Source: Rhynchopus sp. YZ270_cl-10
Lineage: Eukaryota
NCBI GenBank assembly: GCA_964035575.1
Contig: OZ037843.1
Span: forward strand, 496,001-560,000
Reading direction: 5' to 3'
Length of the DNA: 64,000 nucleotides
Below are positions 12,661 through 25,584 of this stretch, in pieces. Each line of letters begins with the position of its first letter. Positions within the stretch are counted from its first letter, which is position 1. Below the pieces are notes generated by a model. That model did not search any database. It was not told the origin of the DNA and saw only the letters and a program-made list of their open reading frames with translations. Made by a program: the position numbers and the translations under genes.

Positions 12661-15011
12661 ATTTTTTGTGTGTCGACAATCTCCAGGATCTGTACTCAAA
12701 ATGTTGCCCGAAAAGGCGAATGTGCTTACAGCATATATAGACGGAACCTCATCCTCAACTCTGGAAAGTAGCTTTTATTTGTGTATGCAATGCATGCGTA
12801 TCACCCTCATGAGGGTACAGAGAGGATTGCCATGGAACTGTTATCCAAGAAGAGTTGTTTGTGTTTTTTTTTGTCTTTTTTTTTTTGTGGATTTTTATGT
12901 GGTATAAATTTGCTAACTAGGAGGGAGCCTCAATACGAAATTCGGTTTGGTCACCCTCCTCTCTGGTATTTAGTTTAAAAACATACAAAGGTAAAATAAA
13001 AATTTCAAAGGAAAAAAAAAAAATCATCTGATTTTCCAATAATGACTTCTCAGTAATATTCAATATTATTGAGAAAAGGAAAAAAAAAAATACAAAAATT
13101 GGTGTCCGATATATTTGTCCATCGATCTCGCTGGATTATATATTTTTTTTGTGTTTTTGTTTGTAAAATGTAATGTTGACAAAATCTCCATTTTGCCTAA
13201 TAATGAAAAGGGAAGTTGAAACGTGCTAAAAACGCATCTCGGTCGAGCACAATGCAAAGGGGTGAGACGTGGGTGTTCCGTACCGAGAGTGGAGGCGGTC
13301 CACAGCCGCTCGGCGAATCACACACCCCAGCCTTTTAAACGGCCAAATAATGAAAAGGCGTATAAAAGAGCAAACGCCTCACCGGTCATCTGCGGACGAC
13401 CGGCACAAAAGGTAAAAGAAACCCATCACCACATCATCTCGAGACACTACACATCAATTAACAGTCTGACCACTCGATGTGACTACTGGTGTGAAATTCA
13501 TCATCCCGACTACTCGCTCGGCATGACAACCCCACACCGCCTATATAACTGCTGACAGCAAATCACACGAGTGGTGTCTTCACTTTGTACAGCCCAGTCA
13601 TGGTAGCAGCAATGCAACCATGCCAGAAGTCATTGTAACTAAGGATTTGGCGGTACCGGTAACAAACACTGACCGTAAAAAAAAAGGGCCCAACTCGCTT
13701 AAAACCCATAAAAAGGTCAAACATTTTTAGGTCAGTATATGGTACGCGTGTGGTAGTGGTCATATTGTTAGCTTGGATTGTAACATCCAGTGGTCACATT
13801 GTTAGTGTGTTGTGAGATGATGGAGAGAGAGGGTGGGGAGGAGAGTAGGCACTCAAAGAAAGGAATTCACCTCCAGGGTTAGGAGCTCCTACCTCATAAA
13901 GGATTGTTTCATAATATTCTTTTCTAAACGAAAAGAAGGCAAGAAAAGAAAAAAAAAAAGAACTGTTTCATATACTAACTATTCTACTGAATAGAAGGTA
14001 TAAAAGATTGTTTCATATACATTCTTGACGAAAAAAGAAGGTACAGAGGGTGCTAAAAATATACCCTTGCTTTTTTTAAAAAAAAAGAAAAAAAAGTGAA
14101 GTTGATAGTGCAAACGCCTCTGGGACGCAGGCACTGACACTCCGCGGGTTATCGAACCCCGGGGTGTTGCGCATGGGAGGTTTACAGGGAAGCTAAAAAA
14201 AAAGAGTAGTTGCTAAAAACGCATCTCAGTCGAGCTCAACGTAAAGGGGCGAGACGTGAGTACGTACCGTAAGAGAATGGAGGCGATTCACAACCGCTCG
14301 GCGAATCACGCGACCTCTTTATACCCCAGCCCTGTTAGATTAAAGCATACTTTTAAAAAAAAAGAGCGACTTCTTTTTTAAGGGGATATGAGAAAAAAAG
14401 CGATGATAAAAAATAAAAAAAAAAAAAAAGGCATCTGACAGAGCGTTTAGGGTTGTCCGTCGTGTTGTGGCGAGAGAGAGGTTGAGAAGGGGGGGAAATG
14501 AAGTTTTTTTTTTCTTCTTCTTCTTTTATATAGTTTTCGCTTTAATGTCATTGTAGCGAGAGTACGGGTGGTTTAAAAAATAAAAATAAAAGAGCGGTTG
14601 AGTGGTATTGGGCGTATAGTTTTTGTTATGTGTTTTGTTTCAAGAAGCTTTTTTTAAAAATTTTCTTTCTTGAAAAACCTTTTTGTACTGGAAACAATGG
14701 AAGATATGAATTTCCACTGTGATCACTTTTTTTTTTTGTCGTTTTCTTTTCTTCGAGGGGACTATACGGACTATTTTTTTTTTCTTCGTTTTCTTTGTAT
14801 CGACAAACACTTTATACCTACTGGTATATAAAATCTTAATATCGGCCGAAGCCTTTTTTTTTGCTTTTATGGTGCTCTGGGAGGGGGTTGATATTGACAC
14901 GTCGCTGACAGGTCACTGACACAGGGACCTATAGTCTATTATATATAATAGACACCCTGATATTGAGAGGTCGCTGAGAGGTCGTTGACCGATTTCCGAA
15001 AGCACTAATTT

Positions 15012-15043
<32 letters not shown>

Positions 15044-18000
15044 CCGTTTCACCAACCTCGAGTAGGTGAGTACAACACCCAGGGTATTTGAAGGGGGTTA
15101 AGAGTAAAAAGAGAGGTCATAATAAAAAAAAAAGGAAGTTGAAAGTACAAACACCTCACCGTTCATCGGAAGACGCAGACATCGGTTCCCCGCGGGTTAT
15201 TATTTTTTAAAAAAATAATGTGGTTAAGGTATAGACAAGAATGAGTTGTGCTGCTTGCTTTTTTTTTTGAAAAGGGAGTTTTATGAAAAGTTTTTAACCT
15301 GCCACTCACTATTTACCACGACAACGCGAGGTCATCAGAAGAAGAGAAAAAAAAAAAAAAAAGGGGGAAAAGTGTATAAGATGATCCTAAGCCACTCGTG
15401 CTTAGTCTGATTAGATTACTTAATGTGCTTAGTCACCTTAAAAAGAATGAGGGCATCCATTCACCCCTAGCTAGCTTTCAAAAAGGATAAAATAACAAAA
15501 GAAGGGTGAAAAAGAAAGGTAGGTTTTTGGAATTTTTTTTTGTTTTTTGTTTTTTGTTTTTTGTTTTTTTTGTCTGGACTCAGTGGTCAGACCAGACCCT
15601 GTCATACCCTGAGGAAAGGTGTGCTGTCTGTGTCCCCAAAGCAACCAGGAGTGTCTACACAACGTGGCAAACCCACTCACCAAAGTACCAACGGTACTTT
15701 GGTGAGTGGGTCTGCCACTCACCAAAGCCTCGGAGCTGTACCCTGATGCTGAGTAAAAGAGGCTGTCGGATCACATAACCCAATTGGCCCACACAGCACG
15801 TTGATCCAGGGAGTAACAGGTAAAAAAAAATATTAAAAAAAAATGGCTGCATCAGTGTCAACACCCTGTGGATGTAGTTCACTAAATTTTTTTTTTTGGG
15901 GGTGTCAGAGAAAAATAAAAGAGTTGTGTTTAGGTGTGGGGTATAGCTGCGGTTTTGGAGTTTTTTTTCTTGATTTTTTGATTTCTGATTTTTTTTGATA
16001 AAAAAAAAAGGAGATATTCCTCTTATTCTCATCGGGAAGTGGTGATGAGTGTTCCGGGTTTACAGGTTTGGCTGGGGGAGAATCATGGCGAGACGTGGGC
16101 TTTTTTTTAAAAAAAATCTTGAAGAAATTGGCAAACAATAAAATAGTATTCAGCACCACGCCCACACGGGGGGATGGATTAAAAAAAAAAAACGGCATAA
16201 ACAGGGGAAGATAACAGGTAACTTTGGAACTGGTATAAATGGTTTTTCATGAAGCTTTTTGTTTGGTACGGGTATTTTCTGGTTGCAAAAAAAAAAAAAA
16301 AAAAAAATAAATAAATAAATAAGAGGGCAGAATGTAAGGGGCAGAAGAAGGGGGGGAAAAAACTAAAAAAGAGGGGGGCTTTCATGGGTAGTTGATAGGT
16401 ACGGAAGAAGGGCGGGAGGAGGGTGCACGGTGGACTGGTAATGGTAATGACCAGCACTTTGACCGGTCAATCTGAGAAAATGCACTGGTCATCCCCTCCC
16501 CTTGGGAAGTGCTGTCGTAGGTGATTTTTTTTTTTTTTTTTTTTGGCAACTTTCATTTTCCAAAAATCAGGGACAGGGACAGGGACAGGTTTTTAGAAAT
16601 AGCCCCGGTGAGTACTAGTTATTGTCAGCATTTTGCCCTGACCAGTCCACCGTGCAAGCATACCCCCCCCCAAAAAAAAAAGAAAAAAATAAAAGGAAGA
16701 AGGAAGAAAAAGAAAGTACAATAAAATACAGATATCTGGCTTTCCCACAGCTCGAAGAAGCAAGGAAAGCCCGCAAGTAAAAAGAAAAAAAAAAGAAAAG
16801 ATAACTCGAGCTTTTTCACAGGCCACGCACGTGTGTTTTTTTTTTTTTAGTGACAATCAGGCAGGCGTACCGCTAATTCAGTACCCTCTCCCCGAGGTTT
16901 GGGCTGGGGGGGGGAAAAAATTGCAGGAAAAAAATTTACTCTGCTGTTTGTATTGCTTTTTTTACTCATTCTGGGGGAGGGGCACCCAAAATCACATATT
17001 TTTTCACCCCAGAACCTATCCTGAGGGGGTATTCAGGCGGTTTCAGGGTGTTTAAAAGAGGGAGTTTGAAAATGGTTTTTGTTAGTTTTGAAAGTGCTTT
17101 TGTGCTCTGGTTAAGGTGTTTAGAGGGAGTTGGCTCTCTGTTTGAAAAAGCGACCAAATTATTTCATATACTTTCTATTGAATAGAAGCTACAATAGGGT
17201 CTAAATGTACCCAAACTTTTTACTTTATGTGGATTGTTTATTTTGATAGTGAAGTGGACTCGTTTTTTGTTTTTCGCCAAAAAAAAACAAAAAATGAGGG
17301 TGATAGTGCAAACGCCTCTGGGAGGCTGGCGCTGACACTCCGCAAAGGGGGGGTGGGGGAAGGATAATGACAAAAGCCCTCTGCTTTTGGGGTGATTTGG
17401 GGGTTTTTTTTTTCAGGAAAATTCACGTAAATTCAAATCCTTCACGAAAAAACATTCACTGCCGATTGAATCGGATTCACATAAATTCACAAAAAAATCA
17501 CAAAAAAAATCAGACACCCGTGTGTCACGTCTGTTTCCGCCTCGTTGTGAATTTTTCTGAATTTTTCTGGGGGAAAAAAAAAGTCCTCAAATCACCCCAT
17601 GTTTGGGTCATAAACAATGAATGGTTGAAAGGCGAATGTGTTCTCTCGTGCACAATATACACACACACACACACATCATGCAAGAAGGTGAAGTGGTGTG
17701 GCCACCTTACCGAAAGGCGCCGTCACAAAAGGCTGGGGTATGACACCTCAGAGTGCACTTCAAAAAAAATTTCTTGAAGAAGGGAGCGAAGGGGGGGGTT
17801 TATTACCCCCCCCCCCGTAAGGACCTCTAAGAAAGCATTATTTCATACATTATTTTCCTAAACGAAAAGAAGGTATAGAGGGTTGCGAAAAAATGTACCC
17901 TTGCTTTAAGAGAAAAAAATCTGATATGTGCAAACGCCCAGGGCGCAAGCGCTGGAACTAATAATAGTATTTTTATCATATCCTGCTGGAACTAATAATG

Positions 18001-18260
18001 AATGCATGAAAGAAAAGAAAAGAAAAGAACAGGGTTGCATTTCATTGTAGTACTTATTCCGCAAAACCCGCAAACCCGTAAAGGGTTTTTTTGATTTGTA
18101 CTACTGAAGGGAGGGGCGAATAAGACACATAATAGCTCTTATTCACTTTAAATGGTATTGTACGAACAAAGGGAATACGAGATGTGGTATCTCTTCTTCG
18201 CCCCCCCCCCCCCCCCCCCCCAGCAATGTAGCTCGAGGATGGAACGAGGCTACACTTTGT

Positions 18261-18422
18261 AAAGTGTCACTTGTCGTTCCCTCACCCCCCCTTCTTGTAG
18301 TTGTTTGATGCGTTGACGCTTCCACACACACACCAAAAATTACCTGTTGGTTGGTGGTGTTGCGGAACACGGTTGGGGTGAGTGAACGACGTGACACTTT
18401 CCGCTCACAAAGTAGTGTGCGT
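18261..18422. repeat. Dispersed ~160-bp structured repeat
   Basis: Long hairpin AAAGTGTCAC..GTCGTTC.CTCACCCC ... GGGGTGAG.GAACGAC.GTGACACTTT. Near-identical copies at ~26845-27000 and ~28551-28702. Confidence 0.8.
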
Positions 18423-19182
18423 AATAATATATATTATTATCGTGAATTTATTTTCCAGTATTTCACGCACAGGTGGAAACAGCCCGAGGGGAAAAATGCT
18501 TCCCCGAGGGCTGTTTCCACCTGTAAGTGAAATACTGGTATAAATTCACGAAAATATATTATTTTATCTCCAAATGAGACCATGAATTTCACAACCCGTT
18601 TTCACGTACAAAGAGACGAGGGTGGGGTGGTTCTTTTTATGATGATTTTTGATTCAGTTTTTTGATGTGGAACTCTTAGCGCTGGACAGCGCCTTGAGCC
18701 AGAACTGGTGCAGCGGGTTTGTGGCGCTTACGCGGCTGTACTTCTGATGAAGATGAGGAAGACGATGACGATGAGTCACTTGTGTTCGTGTCGGACTCAC
18801 CCTCCACAGGTGCCCTCGCACGTTTTTGAGGTCTCATTTGGGATTTTTTGATGAAAATTTGGGAAAAAAAACGTGTAAATCCGTGGTTTGTGTGATACAG
18901 AAAATTAACTCAAAAATGCGTTTGAGACCCCCAGAATGGCTCAAAATGCCTCTTTTCTGGCTTTAATTGCAAAATTGGGCCTCCAAAGGCCTCCAAAAAA
19001 ATTTTCGAGAGTTCAGTTCTACGATTTTCTGAGCGTGAATTTATTTTTCTGAGCGTGAATTTATTTTTCTGAGCGTGAATTTATTTTTTGAGCGTGAAAT
19101 ACCGGAAAATAAATTCACGCACCTCCTTCACGATTTTGTGAAGGGGCGTGAAATTCATGGTCTCAAGCGGGGATAAAAATAA
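18423..19182 (+). mobile_element. Asymmetric hairpin-ended element (family H3)
   Basis: Terminal foldback 18423-18565 with CCCGAGGG/CCCGAGGG arms. TTATCTCC..TGAGACCATGAATTTCAC is inverted at 19148-19180. 20-bp tandem repeats at ~19025-19100. Confidence 0.8.
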
Positions 19183-19187
19183 CTTTT

Positions 19188-19388
19188 TTTTACCATTCCC
19201 TTTTTAGGGAACGGAGCAATGTACGGTCCTGGAAGCTCCAAGAAAAATGGAGTCGGCGGGCTTAATAGGAAGTTGCCTTTTCCTAAACGTACACACAACT
19301 GGCAAAAAAATGGGGGGGGTGTCGTCACTCACCTATATCATTGAAATACCATTGCTTACCAATGGTACACTCCAATACTGTTGCCCCC
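19188..19388. repeat. Dispersed ~200-bp repeat
   Basis: Near-identical copy at ~21170-21370; partial inverted copy at ~39275-39345. Confidence 0.8.
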
Positions 19389-21423
19389 TTTAATTTTTTT
19401 AAAGGTTTTTTGTCTCTTTGCCTTCGCTTTGCTTGGGAGGAGATGCAAAAGGAAAAGGACGTTTTTTTTTTTCGTAAAAAGCAGTTGGGTTTATAATCGG
19501 TATATAAAAAAAATATACTAAATACTATGGTGTGACTAACTCAAAAAAAATTTAGACCCTTTTGGACCATCCAACAAAAAAAAAATGCTGAATTTTTGCA
19601 CACATCGAATATATAAAAAAAAAAAGGAAACACACACCCAAATCTATGAAAAGAAAAGACAGGGTTGCAAAGACAAACAACATTTTTTTTTTCTTGCTTG
19701 CTAGTGTGGACATGCTTTTTTTTTGTTTGCAGGCTTTGGTCGCTAAAAAAATTTTTTTTTACTTGCTATAAAAACAAGAAAACCTTCACGGTAAATAATG
19801 GAAGGGGGAGGGGAGGGGAGGGGAGGGGAACCAGGGGGGAGATAGCATTATGTGCGCATAGCACAAAGGGTAGGAGGTATACGGGTAAGAGGGGGGGGCA
19901 GGGGGGGATTGAGATGCCCGTGAAGATAGGTGTCTCTGGGCTGGAGGGAAACCGCGAAGGCTGAAGAGGGAGAGCAATGAAGAAAAATGCAGTTTATTTT
20001 ATTCAGGTAGCGCTAGAGGGATGGGGGAAAGGGGAGGGAGAGATTATTTTTTTAAAAAAAAAAGGGGGGGGAGAGCCAGCGTTACCCTCATGAGGGTAAA
20101 ATACGAGGCAACAGGGAGGGGGGGGGGAAAAAAAAGTGGGAAAAAAAAGAGGGGGAAAAAAAATCTTGAGAAAAAGAAAGTAAGGTCTTTGGAGAAAAAA
20201 ACGGAGGTGGAGGAGGGAAACAGTTTTTGGTTTGCGTGCCTATTTTTTTTAAAAAAAGAATGAAGAAAAAAAAACAGGTGGGATTCACGTGGTGCACAGG
20301 AGTCATCCTGGTGCAGTGACTGTTGCTCCTGTCTCCGTACTCGTGGTGGGGGTTTGAAAGGGGATTTTTATGAAGTTTTTCAAGCCAAAGGGGGGTTTGA
20401 AAATATTTTTTGTTTAAAGTGCTTTGTGCTCTGTTTAATTCTGCTTGATAGTTTTTGTAAGCGAAAGGGGGGAATTTTTTTGAATGGGTTTTTATATGAA
20501 GTTTTTTTTTTTTTTTTTTTGCTCTTTTTTCTTTGTATTCTTGTTTTGTTTGGGATTGGGAGTGTGAGTGGGGTTTGAATGGGCTTTTATGAAATTTTTG
20601 CTACGTTTGCTGTGTGCTCTTTTTTTGATTTTTCGATCACTTTGGGGGAGGGGTTTTAAGGAAAAGGTATTCAATTGTATTTGTGGTGTTTTCCAGTGTA
20701 GCTACACACAGCTTTTTTTTTTTTTTTTTGACCGGGCTCGGGCAAAATTGGGAAACGGAAAAACAAAATGTTGCAGTATCTCAGTTCACGGGGGCTATTT
20801 ATAAAAGGAAGAACAAAAAACACGGGGATTGAGAAAAAAGTTCTGAAGAGCATGGTGACGAACTCCTGGGAGGAGGGGGGGGTTTTTTTTTTTCATTTGT
20901 GCGTAAAGTGTGTAATGTATATTCTGTGTTGAAACTTTTATCACACAATACGCTCCCACTGACTACCTGGCCGTGAAGAGGAAACCTCTTTGAGACCCAA
21001 TAAAGGGCGGGTGAAATAAACAATTTGCTTTTTTTTGTTGTTGTTTTATCTGATGTATTTTTTCTTCTTCTTTTTTTTTTTTTGCTGAACGAGGTTGTAT
21101 TTTGACACTAAGTTGTGCAAAAACGATCCTCATCTTTTTCTTTTCTTTTTTTTTTTTTTTGAAAACTTTTTTTTACCATTCCCTTTTAAGGAACGGAGCA
21201 TGCACGGTCCTGGAAGCTCCAAGAAAAATGGAGTCGGCGGGCTTAATAGGAAGTTGCCTTTCCTAAACGTACACACAACTGGCAAAAAAAAAGGGGAGGT
21301 GTCGTCACTCACCTATATCATCATTGAAATACCATTGTTTACCAATGGTACACTCCAATACTGTTGCCCCCCTTTTTTTCTTTTTCTTTTTTCTTTTTGA
21401 TAAATTGATAAATTGACAACGTG

Positions 21424-22298
21424 CAGTGGTCGCGCTAATTATGGGAAAAAATGGGGAAAAAATGGATTTCGGGTACGGAAAAACGTTCCTTGAAAAGGTT
21501 AGCTGGGGAGGCCCGGAAACCCCGTTTTGTGGCATTTCCGGGCCAATCCCGGCTTGTGGTGGGGTATATACGGAAAAATGGACAAAATTTTAGTGACTTA
21601 AATTTTCGCAAAATATGAACCCATACTCGTAAACAAGGGTCATTTTCAGGAAAATTCGGAAAATTCCGAGATTTGGAAGCAATTTTTCTCCTGAAAATCA
21701 GTGGGTTTTCAGCCCCAAAACATACCGCGATTGGAATTTCCGGAATCCGTCCGCGCTGTGGTGGGGTCACTTTGCCGAAATGGCCAATTTTTTGGTTTTG
21801 GTCAAAATCCATGTGGGTAAAGAGGGCCAATGTAAATCCCACAGCCAGATTTTCTCTCCCTGATCCTGAACGTCTTGCAACATGAAAATGCGCGAAAACA
21901 CTGGCATTTGCATTTCCGGAATTCGTCCGTTCTGTGGTGGGGTCAATTTGCCGAAATGGACAAGTTCTTGGTTTTGGTCAAAACCCGTCAGTGTAAGGTA
22001 AAGGGGGTAAAGTGTTTGCCTGTAGAAACTGGAAGGGAACAGGCAGCGCCGCAGGCGCACGGTAACCAACTTTTTTTTTTTTCCCTTTTCTTTTTTCTCC
22101 TCTTTCTTTTGACTTTCCGAGCCAATTGCGTTCCACGGCGGGGTCACATGTACATGCAAGTCCACTATGTGGTGGTCTTACTCAACAATATTAGAACTTC
22201 TGGTTTCTTAATGAAATCCCCGTACTGCAAAAAAAAAACGTTCCTACCAAAACCCCCAAAAATCCCGGGATGAGGGATGGACTTTAGCGCGAGCTCTG
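21424..22298. mobile_element. hAT-like non-autonomous element
   Basis: TIR CAGTGGTCGCGCTAA / TTAGCGCGAGCTCTG; 8-bp TSD ACAACGTG. Confidence 0.88.
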
Positions 22299-22475
22299 AC
22301 AACGTGTAGTCACATTTTTTTTTTTTTTTTTTTGAAAACTTGGTATTATTAGTGAAGACACCCGAGGATTGAATTCCATAATAATTTTTCTTTTCTTTGG
22401 AGGAAATATTAGGTGGGAAGGTGGGGAGGGGGAATTACAGGTTAACTTTAAAAAGCTTTGGGGTCATGGAGTAAA

Positions 22476-22509
<34 letters not shown>

Positions 22510-22844
22510 CTGGTAGACGCGAACAGAGTTATTTGCTTGCAAGATACAAAAGGAAAGCAAGAAAATTTCTTGACGTTACGTGGCTCAGGGAATGAAGGAG
22601 GGTATGGAGGACAATTGAAAGAAGCGAGTTGTGGTTGAAAAAGTAGTACTAAAGGAAATGCGGTTAAAATAAATGAGTGAAAAAATAATAAAAAGAAAAT
22701 GTCGAGGGAAAAGGGAGAAAAAAATCCTGGAAAAAAAATGGATTACCGAAGCTCCTACAACAAGGTGCTTAGTCGCCCTTTTTATAATAAAAAAAAAACA
22801 AAACAGCAAGATGGAAGGCATCTCGCGTTTTTTTGCACATCTGA

Positions 22845-23958
22845 CATAGATGGTAGTCGGCCCGAGTCGGGCCGAGTTTTTGGAAAATCTGGGAGTCGGG
22901 CCGACTCGGGCCGACTTTTTTTAATTTTTTTTTTTTTTTCAAAAGTCGGGCCGACTCGGGCCGAGTCGAAAAAAATTTTTAAAAAAAAAAAAAAGTCGGC
23001 CCGAGTCGAAAAAAAAACTCGGCCCGAGTCGGCCCGAGTCAGCCCGAGTCGGGCCGAGTCGGCCCGACTCGGGTCCCGTCGGCCCCCCCACAGTAAAATC
23101 AGAGTCCTAGCTTGCCTGGGTCAGTGGGTCAAGCTGACCCAAGTGCCTGGGTCGCGACCCACGAAAAAAAAAAAAAAAGGGAATTAATTAATTTGGAAAT
23201 TGGGAAATTCTGATTTTTTCCCCTCTTTGGGGGGCCCACCACCTTTTCTAGGGTAAGAAAAAAATATTGACAAAAAAATCCGGCACCGTCCAGGGCTGGG
23301 CCCAATTTTTTTTTGCCTGCGGCGCCATTTTTCCTTTTTTGCTCCGCAAAAAAGGGTTCGTAGAGTGACTCTGTGGTGTAAAAAGCTACATTTTTACACC
23401 GTACCCTAATTTTTTTCGCCTGCGGCGCCATTTTATATATTTTGTGTTGGGTGATCTATGAACGGGGAGTGATTTTTATGGTCATAGTGGCGTTACATTT
23501 AACGTTGTGAGCAACTCACTAGTCGTAGTGATCAAAATTTGTATCAGTCAAGAACTTGTCCATTTTTCTGAAATGACCCCACCACAGTGAGGGTAGAGCT
23601 CGGAAAACCCAAAAAAGCCAAGACAAGCCCCCCCAAGGCCCAAAACCTCTGCTGACCCAAAAAAAAAATTCTGACCCAGATTTGGCATTTTTTTTCAAAA
23701 CCAAGCTAGGACCCTGGTAAAATCTTTTCCAAAAAAAAAAAAAACCAAAAAAAAACAAAACAAAAAAAAAAAACCCAAAAAAAAAAAACCAAAAAAAATT
23801 CGACTCGGCCCGACTCGGGCCGACTTTTTTTTGAGTCGGGCCGAGTTTTTTCGACTCGGCCCGACTCGGGCCGACCCTGAAAAAAAAATTTTTGAAAAAA
23901 AAAATAACGAAAAGTGGTCGGCCCGAGTCGGCCCGACTCGGCCCGACTACCATCTATG
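22845..23958. mobile_element. Non-autonomous TIR element, P-like CATAG termini
   Basis: TIR CATAGATGGTAGTCGG; flanks CATCTGA/AATCTGA; subterminal GAGTCGGGCC repeats. Confidence 0.85.
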
Positions 23959-24061
23959 AATCTGAGGTATTTTTTTTTTTTTGTTGAAAACTTCGTTGTA
24001 TTAATGTGTAGTGTAGACACCCCAAGAATGAGCTATCACAAAAAAAAAAAAAAAACACATC

Positions 24062-24129
24062 TGGTGTTCCGGAGGGGGCCTATATTGACATGTCCTTGAC
24101 ATGTCCCCGACAGTTGTTCGGTAACACCA
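24062..24129. mobile_element. ~70-bp TG...CA mini-element with 5-bp TSD
   Basis: TGGTGTT...AACACCA, TSD ACATC. Copies at 37214-37281 (TSD ATAAA), 39062-39133 (TSD GGATA) and 14870-15007. Confidence 0.8.
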
Positions 24130-24230
24130 ACATCTGGTTTTCTTATTATTTTTTTTTCAGATTTTTTTTTGTTAAATCTTTCGAGGTACAAAAAATGCTT
24201 TTCTATGTTAAAGTTACTTTTTATTTTTTT

Positions 24231-24294
24231 GATAAATTGTTGGAGTAGTGTAGTTGCCTCGGTTTGTGTTGCCACAGTTTGTGCAATCTCCACT
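24231..24294 (-). mobile_element. ~64-nt stem-loop + poly(A) mini-retroposon (family S2, representative)
   Basis: On the plus strand: poly(T)-GATAAATTGTTGGAGTAGTGTAGTTGCC...AATCTCCACT. Copies at 30685, 31149, 35987, 49581, plus fragments. Confidence 0.8.
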
Positions 24295-24854
24295 TTCCTT
24301 TTTTTTTCTTTTTCTCTTGTATCGACAATCACCTGTCCGAAAGACGGGTTTTCTGTCTACACAACGATACCTGAGAGGCGAGAGCATTCCAAAGGTTTGG
24401 ATACATATCCTCCAATCCAGTGAAAGGGCATTGAAGGACTACACATGGCCTTCAGGGGGTACAGAGGTTTTGTGAGGATATGATGTACAGCACGAATGGC
24501 GAGGGGGAAGGGCGATGGTGTTACAGGTGAGGATGAACGGCATCCGTATGAACGGGAGTTTGAAAATGTTTTTGTTTACCGTAATCGTAATCGTAAAAAA
24601 AAAAGGTCGAACTTCCAAAAAAAAATCCTGAAAAGGTCGAACATTATTACGAAAATACGGTATGTTTTTTGTACTCTTTGATTTTTTTGTGTTTTTTTTT
24701 TTTTTTTTTTTGCTTTTTAGATCCTACCACATCACATGAACGGCGAGAATGGAGGAAAAGCCACCTGCATTTTCTTTTAAAAGTTGGTGGAGTTTAGTAA
24801 CATTTAAACCAAAACTCCATCAAAATTTCAAAAAAAATCAGGTGGAAAAGGGGA

Positions 24855-25060
24855 AGTTTGAAAATGTTTTTTGTATGTTTTGAAAGTGCTTTGTGCTCTG
24901 TTTAATTTTGCTTGATAGTTTTGTAGACGTGGAGTTGGAGAGGAAGGGCGCGTTACTTTGTATGAGATTACGACTTATCCTCTTTCTCAGCCACTGTCAA
25001 ATGTCCTTGTTATTTGTTTGTTTATTTGCTTGTCTTCGTTGAAAGAAACGAAAACAAAAA
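24855..25060. repeat. Dispersed repeat
   Basis: Near-identical to ~37905-38100; fragments at ~20400, 44695, 57020 and 57450. Confidence 0.75.
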
Positions 25061-25502
25061 AAGAAAAAAAGGGGGGTTGAAAAAAGAGGGTACAGCCAGT
25101 ACACCTTCCCTCAGGTGGAAAAGGGGAACATAGAATCCGTCAGGCTGCTGACAAAATGAATAAAAAGAAAGCAAAATAAGTTTCGTATACTTTCCATTCA
25201 ACAGAAGAGAAAGCAAGAAGGGGAGAAAAAGCATTTCAACCTATGCATTCAATAAATCGAGAGCATAGGTATCGGGATCAAAAAATGTTCCCAACTTTCT
25301 AGAAGAAAAAGAAAAAAAAATTCGTCTATCACACTGCAAAGTTGTTGTGCCTTTTCGTTTTGTATGAGTTGTGATAGGGGGTAATTCTTGCGTAGAACAT
25401 GTCCCCAATATGAGTGGCGATAAAACAAATACTGAAAATGAAAAAAGCAATTTGCAAGGACACCTTCTGTTGATTCTATTTCCTCCCTTTGCCAATGTTT
25501 GG

Positions 25503-25536
<34 letters not shown>

Positions 25537-25584
25537 AAAACTTGGTTGTATTAGTGTAGCCACCCTAGAGTGTGCTCCACTATA

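Noticed and set aside
14098..14195. tRNA gene (GGTTCGA B-box on the minus strand)
   Set aside because: No cloverleaf or good A-box; at most a decayed SINE head.
15300..15342. CTGATGA on the minus strand as another hammerhead (also 18745, 27759, 58218)
   Set aside because: No matching stem II, GAAA or cleavage-site helices.
18325..18350. Minus-strand CAGGTAATTTTTGG (splice donor plus Sm-like site), possible SL RNA or snRNA
   Set aside because: No spliced-leader exon, wrong spacing, and not conserved in the other two copies.
22855..23075. CRISPR-like short repeats (also the GCCCGAA clusters)
   Set aside because: Subterminal TE repeats without unique spacers or cas genes, in a eukaryotic context.
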